Shown in pieces: positions 1 through 5,089 of a stretch of 12,986 nt of DNA. The translations under genes were made by a program, and so were the position numbers. The notes beneath the pieces were generated by a model. It did no database searches. It had not been told where the DNA came from and worked only from the letters and a program-made list of their open reading frames with translations. Positions within the stretch are counted from its first letter, which is position 1, and each line of letters opens with the position of its first letter. This DNA comes from Promethearchaeota archaeon (GTDB taxonomy: Archaea; Asgardarchaeota; Hermodarchaeia; Hermodarchaeales; Hermodarchaeaceae). The stretch lies in assembly GCA_048939245.1 (NCBI GenBank), contig JBHLPR010000063.1:1-12986 (forward strand), given 5' to 3'.

Positions 1-2
1 CG

Positions 3-125
3 AGCCTAGTGTTTCTAAATTTAGAGATTATATGGTTTTTAATCTACTTTGCAATCCTTCTTAGTGCCATTAACTTGACTCTTAGTTCCCAGATTCAGAC
101 TAGCTCAGATTGGATTGAATCTTAA
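3..125 (+). CDS. possible C-terminal fragment of a membrane protein entering from the left edge
   Basis: Frame is open from nt 3 to TAA at 123-125 and translates as SLVFLNLEIIWFLIYFAILLSAINLTLSSQIQTSSDWIES*, with a TM-like hydrophobic stretch, converging on trpS. Could be chance in AT-rich DNA. Confidence 0.35.
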   Translation, partial: SLVFLNLEIIWFLIYFAILLSAINLTLSSQIQTSSDWIES

Positions 126-239
126 GCTTAAATCGGATTGCATGAGGTTGGATAGTTAATCAGGTCATAAAAAATCATAAAACTCTCTTATGTCCAAACT
201 CCAGTTGGCAAATTTGGCTATCCTCATATTTTTTGCTAA

Positions 240-1382
240 TTATTTGAGAGTGATTTCATCTTCTTTGAGTAGGAAATCCTCTAATTTGTCTCGGGCTTTC
301 TCTCTACGTTTCTGGTGCTCTGTGAGGAACTTGGTGGCGAAATCTATACAAATGCTCTTACATTCTCCACAGAGCATATCTCCGCTTCGACACCGTTGCT
401 CTAAAGCGTCAAGCTTGTCTTGCTCTGGAATAAAGACTAATTGATAATTCGCAAAAATCGAACAGATCTCAGGTTGCCCTCCGAGCTTCCGTTGTTCAGC
501 AGCATTCCCTCGTCCTCCCGTGAAGGCATTTTGGAGCTTCTTCTTGATTACTTTCGGTGGGTCCACGGTAAATAGGGCTGAGTCAGGTTCAGAGGCTGAC
601 ATTTTCCCACCTTGCTGTAGTCCCTGGAGAAACCTTGAGTGTATGATGCCTGGTTTCAAATACCCGAGTTTGGGTAACACATCTCGGGCGGCCCGAAAAT
701 GGGCATCTTGGTCGATAGCAAGGGGAATCACGCAGGGTACGTTATGCCCCACAAGGATAGAATGGAGGAAGGCAGGAACAGCTTGAAAGCTGGTAAAGAA
801 GATGGACCCGATGTTATTTGAATTTGTGAAACCAAAGATTGCCTTTGCAGTGGAAAACGTGATGCGCTTAGCTACTTGAATCGCCAGAGGGTAGATCGTC
901 CTTGCGTGGAGCGAATCCACGATGATATGTGTATTCTTGGGATCAAAGCCTGTAGCAATGAGATCTAAGGCATTCTCCTTAGCGTAGTACTGTGCTTGGT
1001 CGAGTTCTAGCTCGAATTTGAAGAGAAATTTTTCGTCATCTGTGAGTTGGAAGTAATAGGGGCAGTTGAACTTGTCTTGCATCCATTTGGTGAAGATGAA
1101 CTGGGTAAGGTGTCCAATGTGGGTGTGGCCGCTGGGACCCCGACCGTTGTATAAATAAAAGGGATTGCCTTTATCGTATTCATCGAATACAAAGTTCATG
1201 TCACGGTGGCTGAAGTAGATGCCACGTTTCAAAAGGTAATGCAATTCTCCGGTATACTTCTTGAAGCGTGCAAGCAGTTTGTCATCGATTGGTTCAGTAC
1301 CAAATTGCTTAATCAGCTTCGCATAGTCCACATCGCCTTTTACTTCCCATGGGGTCACAACAAACTCATTATCGCGAGGCAT
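240..1382 (-). CDS. trpS: tryptophanyl-tRNA synthetase (archaeal/eukaryal type)
   Basis: N-terminal VTPWEV; GRGPS..HIGH; AIDQDAHFR; KMSAS; AFTGG; C-terminal C-x23-C-x6-C-x2-C motif. Confidence 0.97.
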   Translation of the reverse strand: MPRDNEFVVTPWEVKGDVDYAKLIKQFGTEPIDDKLLARFKKYTGELHYLLKRGIYFSHRDMNFVFDEYDKGNPFYLYNGRGPSGHTHIGHLTQFIFTKWMQDKFNCPYYFQLTDDEKFLFKFELELDQAQYYAKENALDLIATGFDPKNTHIIVDSLHARTIYPLAIQVAKRITFSTAKAIFGFTNSNNIGSIFFTSFQAVPAFLHSILVGHNVPCVIPLAIDQDAHFRAARDVLPKLGYLKPGIIHSRFLQGLQQGGKMSASEPDSALFTVDPPKVIKKKLQNAFTGGRGNAAEQRKLGGQPEICSIFANYQLVFIPEQDKLDALEQRCRSGDMLCGECKSICIDFATKFLTEHQKRREKARDKLEDFLLKEDEITLK

Positions 1383-1491
1383 GATTCTTCACAACTCCGT
1401 TTTTCATGTATTCAATTTTATACTGTCTCTTCTCGATTATACACTTGGTAAATCTTTGTTTCGTACTGGCTAAGTTCTTAAAAGTTGAGGC

Positions 1492-1572
1492 GGTAGCAGT
1501 GTTTACTAGGCGTGGAAAAGAGAACAGGCTATGGGTTCGGCCAAAAATAATCGCCTAACATCCTTCACTACC
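1492..1572 (-). ncRNA. candidate structured leader RNA or sRNA upstream of trpS
   Basis: Nested stems on the minus strand: GGUAGUG(1572-1566)/UGCUACC(1498-1492), UGUUAGGCG(1560-1552)/CGCCUAGUA(1512-1504), apical GGC/GCC. Four G-U pairs would be A-C mismatches on the plus strand. The 5' end lies ~23 nt downstream of TTTATATA. Confidence 0.5.
1529..1561 (-). CDS. putative 10-aa leader peptide MLGDYFWPNP
   Basis: ATG TTA GGC GAT TAT TTT TGG CCG AAC CCA TAG, preceded by SD-like GGTAGTGA, on the same strand as trpS and ~150 nt upstream of it. Confidence 0.4.
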   Translation of the reverse strand: MLGDYFWPNP

Positions 1573-1594
1573 ATCTGTTCATCATCGTCCTCTG

Positions 1595-1616
1595 TATATA
1601 AATCATATTCATGAAT
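1595..1616 (-). promoter_or_regulatory. TATA box (TTTATATA, 1602-1595) with adjacent palindrome ATTCATGAAT (1607-1616)
   Basis: Consensus archaeal TATA oriented toward trpS; predicts a TSS near 1572. Confidence 0.55.
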
Positions 1617-1720
1617 GCAACCGAGTTTAGTTCTTGATGGTTTTTAAGCTAAAGAATGCGAGTGTTTTTTAGCAAGAATTTCACAAAGAGGCTTGAGGGT
1701 TCTCCCTTTGAGGGAAAAAT

Positions 1721-2764
1721 ATGGCAAAAGCACCTGAAAGTTTTGAAACAAAATATGTGCCCATGGATTTTGGCAAGGTCCTTGAAACCTCGCTGCGCTA
1801 CTGGATCAAGAATCTTAAGTCCTACTTCATTTTATACTTCTTTGTCCATTTTACTATCCTTGTATTCGGCTACGGTACATTTTTTCTTTCTGGGAGAAAT
1901 TATCTTGTTCTACAATTCGCTGGATATTTGGGTATTATCTTACCCTACTGGCTAATCTCCTATCTTCCTCCCTCCTTCTTAGCAATCGGGCTCGCAATCA
2001 CAGTCATTATCGTGATAATCATTAATCTCGTTATCCAGGTCTTTTTAGGAGGGATGGTAATCCAGCATACCGCTGACTTTCACGCGAATCTCTCTCCAAC
2101 ACTCACAGGAAGCTTTAATCACACACGAAACCGGTTTTGGTCAATAATTGGAGCTCAGATTCTTCTTGTGCTAATTGTTACCGGAATTGGACTGGGGACA
2201 GGACTTCTCATGGCAGTGTTGGGGATTGGGTTATTTTTCCTAGGACCTATCGGAATGTTAGTTGGCATACTCATAGGGGCAGTTTTAATGATTGTTCTCC
2301 TGGTTTATGTAACAGTTCGTCTCACAGTGGTCGTTCCCTCAATTATTCTTGGTGATGAAACTGCTATCGGAAGCATCGATCAGAGCTGGCGTCTTGTTGG
2401 AGGGAACTGGTGGCGAACCTTTGGCATCACATTCATTATCGGGATAGTGAATATTGCCATCGAAATTCCTGCTTCAATCATAACTTCGCTAGCGCTAACT
2501 GGAATTTATCTTCCCACAATCACAATTATTGGCATCATCACCTTTGCTATTACGAATTCAGTGCTAACCGGAATTACAACACCTCTTGGCAATTCCACTT
2601 CCACCATGATTTACCACGACCTTATGGGACGCGAATATGTCCCCTCTCAGCTTGGTCCGCCTCCTCGGGTTCACGCATATACAGAATGTCCAGTATGTAA
2701 GCGCCCGGTCTCTCCAGGTGATCGCTTCTGTGGGCAATGCGGTCGGGAACTCGACATCGATTAG
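1721..2764 (+). CDS. multi-pass membrane protein (GDPD-membrane-domain-like) with C-terminal zinc ribbon
   Basis: Multiple TM segments; family-typical 'AIGSIDQSWRLVGGNWWRTFG' and 'IYHDL'; C-terminal CPVC-x10-CGQCG. Confidence 0.8.
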   Translation: MAKAPESFETKYVPMDFGKVLETSLRYWIKNLKSYFILYFFVHFTILVFGYGTFFLSGRNYLVLQFAGYLGIILPYWLISYLPPSFLAIGLAITVIIVIIINLVIQVFLGGMVIQHTADFHANLSPTLTGSFNHTRNRFWSIIGAQILLVLIVTGIGLGTGLLMAVLGIGLFFLGPIGMLVGILIGAVLMIVLLVYVTVRLTVVVPSIILGDETAIGSIDQSWRLVGGNWWRTFGITFIIGIVNIAIEIPASIITSLALTGIYLPTITIIGIITFAITNSVLTGITTPLGNSTSTMIYHDLMGREYVPSQLGPPPRVHAYTECPVCKRPVSPGDRFCGQCGRELDID

Positions 2765-2835
2765 GATTCTAGTAGACTACTCTCTTCTAGCATCTTCAAG
2801 TATAGAAACGCAATAAACGTTCTAGGTCACGAATT

Positions 2836-2851
2836 GAAAAAAGGTTTAAAA
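2836..2851 (+). promoter_or_regulatory. BRE/TATA promoter of tRNA-Trp
   Basis: Purine-rich GAAAAAAGG followed by TTTAAAA (2845-2851), ~34 nt upstream of the mature tRNA 5' end. Confidence 0.7.
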
Positions 2852-2884
2852 CCCCCAGTACCCACCATACGCCAGTCTGTCTCA

Positions 2885-3030
2885 GGGGTCATGGCCTAAC
2901 CAGGTATGGCAACGGGCTCCAGAAGAAGCCACCAGACAGATTAAGCTGACCGGACATCCGGGATGACGATGTTCTGGAGCGACCTGGCGACACCCGTAGG
3001 TTCTGGGTTCAAATCCCAGTGACCCCACCA
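2885..3030 (+). tRNA. trnW: tRNA-Trp(CCA) with a 37/38 intron and encoded CCA end
   Basis: Acceptor GGGGTCA/TGACCCC, A73, CCA; D stem GCC/GGC; anticodon stem ACGGG(2912-2916)/CCCGT(2993-2997); loop CT-CCA-G|A; T arm CTGGG-TTCAAAT-CCCAG. Confidence 0.96.
2923..2991 (+). ncRNA. 69-nt pre-tRNA-Trp intron with box C/D guide RNA features
   Basis: D' CTGA (2946-2949), hairpin CCGG-ACAT-CCGG (2950-2961) and C' ATGACGA (2963-2969) form a K-turn. TTCTGGAGC (2972-2980) is the exact complement of GCTCCAGAA (2916-2924). Terminal C and D boxes are degenerate. Confidence 0.8.
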
Positions 3031-3139
3031 CCTCTTCCTTCCCATAGAATTGCTTCCCCTAGCATTTCTTCAATATGCCCTACTACCTTTTTAGGCGAAG
3101 GACTTCAAAAGGTGATTGATCTTTGGAGGTTCATTTCAG

Positions 3140-4051
3140 ATGGTATTTTTCGATCCCACTATCATCATTCTTCTTCAATTATTACTTCCCTATTTCGTCT
3201 GGGAGATTCTCAATTTTGTTGGTGATCCACTAATCTATGTCATGCTCTTGGGCATTACCTTTTGGTGTCTCAATAAACGAGAAGGCAAAATCGCTATTAT
3301 GCTGGTGATGTTTTCAAATTTCATCAACATACTATTGAAATATGCCTTCGGGATGCCGCGTCCTCCCGCATCGTTACGACAAAATCCTGAATATGTAGCA
3401 GATCAATCTTATGGGTTTCCTAGTGGTGCCGCACAAACGGCAAGTACTTTCTGGGGATGGGTCACACTGCGGTTGCGCCGATGGTGGGTTGCCATCATTA
3501 GTGGAATCTTCATCACCATTGCTGCGCTTGCCCGGATGGGCTTGGGATTACATTTTCTGGGTGATGTCATTGGTGGAATCATCGTTGGAATCATCCTCGT
3601 GACTTGGGCCTATTTCTTGGTTCCCTATCTCAAGCCCCAGTGGAAACGGTTACCTACCTTCCTGCAGAATTGGTTGTTACCAATCATTTCTTTGGTATTC
3701 TTTTTCATCTATCTCGCTGCCTATGCCCTCGGGCTTCCATATTTCCCTTCTGAGAATGTTGCCATTTCACTAGGCGTGGTATTCGGATTCAGTGCTGGGC
3801 TGGTTTTAGAAAAGCGGTATGTGAATTTCACCATGGATATTTCACGGAATACCAAAATCATTCGAGCAATTCTTGGGGTTATTATCTCCATCCTCATCTA
3901 CATTACCTTGTCTGCAGGATTTTCTCTCATACCCACATTTCCGCTTCTAAGTTACACAACACGGTTTATCCGGTATATTCTAGTGGGCTTCTTTGGGGCT
4001 TTTGTCATTCCACTCCTGTTTACTCAGATTGAAAAATTGCACCCACAATAA
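3140..4051 (+). CDS. PAP2 (type 2 phosphatidic acid phosphatase) family membrane protein
   Basis: Motif 1 KYAFGMPRP; motif 2 FPSGA (canonical PSGH); motif 3 ARMGLGLHFLGD. Start moved to ATG 3140 because of GGAGGT at 3125-3130. Confidence 0.88.
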   Translation: MVFFDPTIIILLQLLLPYFVWEILNFVGDPLIYVMLLGITFWCLNKREGKIAIMLVMFSNFINILLKYAFGMPRPPASLRQNPEYVADQSYGFPSGAAQTASTFWGWVTLRLRRWWVAIISGIFITIAALARMGLGLHFLGDVIGGIIVGIILVTWAYFLVPYLKPQWKRLPTFLQNWLLPIISLVFFFIYLAAYALGLPYFPSENVAISLGVVFGFSAGLVLEKRYVNFTMDISRNTKIIRAILGVIISILIYITLSAGFSLIPTFPLLSYTTRFIRYILVGFFGAFVIPLLFTQIEKLHPQ

Positions 4052-4105
4052 TCTTGTTCCGATCAGTTGAACAGGAAATGCAAATAATTGAAAGGGTTGG
4101 TCGGA

Positions 4106-4639
4106 TCAGCGGACCTTGCTGTTGGTTGTAAGTACAATTTCTCCGAACATTTCTTGTTTCGCTTGGCAAATTGGGCATTTGTAGGGTGGCTCTTCTCGGA
4201 AGGTTACGTATCCACAGACTTTGCAATAGTAGAACTTTCGGTTGGTATCCCTTGCTTCAGTTGTTGCCGCAGTATCTTTGGGTTGCTCGGGAGTTTTCCC
4301 CATGGCTCGATCGACTTTTTCTTGAGGGCGTCTTTCGGGAATGGGTTCCATTGGTTGCTTCCCCTCGAAGACCTCTTTATCGACATACAGTGAACAGAAA
4401 CATTGCCCAAATTCTTCTACATCTGGATCACGATATTCACAAGGACAGATAATATCTCGGTCCCATTCGAATTTTCCTGAGGAAAGTCGGCAAGGACAGG
4501 AGCCATATCCATAACGCTCTTCGTTTTCCGTTAAGCCTTCAAGGAGATTTTGGAGAAATTCGGGGTTTGGATTAAGGAAATAGCCATGTGCTTTCGCGTC
4601 CGCCTCCGCTTTTCGCTTCACTTTTTCAATAGTGGTCAT
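4106..4639 (-). CDS. ferredoxin-thioredoxin reductase catalytic domain fused to C-terminal rubredoxin (ferredoxin:disulfide reductase-like)
   Basis: YGYGSCPCR, IICPCEY, GQCFCSLYV, PIPERR; C-terminal CKVCG-x11-CPIC rubredoxin motif. Confidence 0.93.
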   Translation of the reverse strand: MTTIEKVKRKAEADAKAHGYFLNPNPEFLQNLLEGLTENEERYGYGSCPCRLSSGKFEWDRDIICPCEYRDPDVEEFGQCFCSLYVDKEVFEGKQPMEPIPERRPQEKVDRAMGKTPEQPKDTAATTEARDTNRKFYYCKVCGYVTFREEPPYKCPICQAKQEMFGEIVLTTNSKVR

Positions 4640-4920
4640 ATTTCTAACTCCTTACTAATCTGGTCTTTCTTGAAACCCGTAATCACGGTTTTATCATCAA
4701 TTATAATCGTGGGAAAAGCAATTCGCGCTCCATGCTTCTTAATATCTTTGTTAACGATTTCTTTATCGGGGTGGTCGAGTTTATCAACATCGACGTATTC
4801 GTACTCAATGCTGTTATCATTGAGAAAGGCTTTAGTCATTTTACACCAGCCACAAGTACTCAAAGCGTAGAGCAGAACATGGTGCTGTTTTCTGTCGCCT
4901 CGGACTTTTTCACGTTTCAT
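4636..4920 (-). CDS. glutaredoxin/NrdH-like redoxin
   Basis: LYALSTCGWC active site; cis-Pro motif AFPTIII; ITGF; ATGA overlap with the reductase gene (translational coupling). Confidence 0.92.
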   Translation of the reverse strand: MKREKVRGDRKQHHVLLYALSTCGWCKMTKAFLNDNSIEYEYVDVDKLDHPDKEIVNKDIKKHGARIAFPTIIIDDKTVITGFKKDQISKELEI

Positions 4921-4974
4921 GATAGATTGTCCCTCGGCACCCCCTAATTGTCTGCCTTTAAAAGGGTTATCAAC

Positions 4975-5007
4975 TTACCTGACAGCGTCTTGGATGCCTG
5001 TCGGTAA
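4975..5007. repeat. imperfect inverted repeat between divergent redoxin and MBL-rhodanese genes
   Basis: TTACC-t-GACAG-CGTC-ttg-GATG-c-CTGTC-GGTAA. Confidence 0.65.
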
Positions 5008-5089
5008 TCTACTCGTATTCTCGATAAATTGAAAAATAGTAGAGCTGCATACTCCACGTGTTTGCTAGACTGTCTTGGAGTGCATGGAT

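Noticed and set aside
14-183. Palindromes TCTAAATTTAGA (14-25) and TTAAGCTTAA (122-131), and tandem TCATAAAA (166-183)
   Set aside because: Short, AT-rich and with no consistent promoter context.
1369-1407. Out-of-frame mini-ORF MKNGVVKNHASR overlapping the trpS start
   Set aside because: No SD and no Trp codon; expected by chance.
1492-1574. Classical T-box riboswitch upstream of trpS
   Set aside because: UGGU (1573-1570) and UGG (1543-1541) occur, but in the wrong order, with no UGGNACC antiterminator bulge, AG box or GA motif.
1537-1585. Box C/D sRNA reading on the minus strand: ATGATGA(1585-1579)...GTGA...CCGA(1540-1537)
   Set aside because: Box C is perfect and the spacing plausible, but there is no credible C' box or terminal stem, and box C lies upstream of the TSS predicted from the best TATA. 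Not excluded; snoscan against this genome's rRNAs would decide.
2885-4105. tRNA as an integration site for a mobile element
   Set aside because: No integrase and no duplicated tRNA 3' end within the window; flanking genes look chromosomal.
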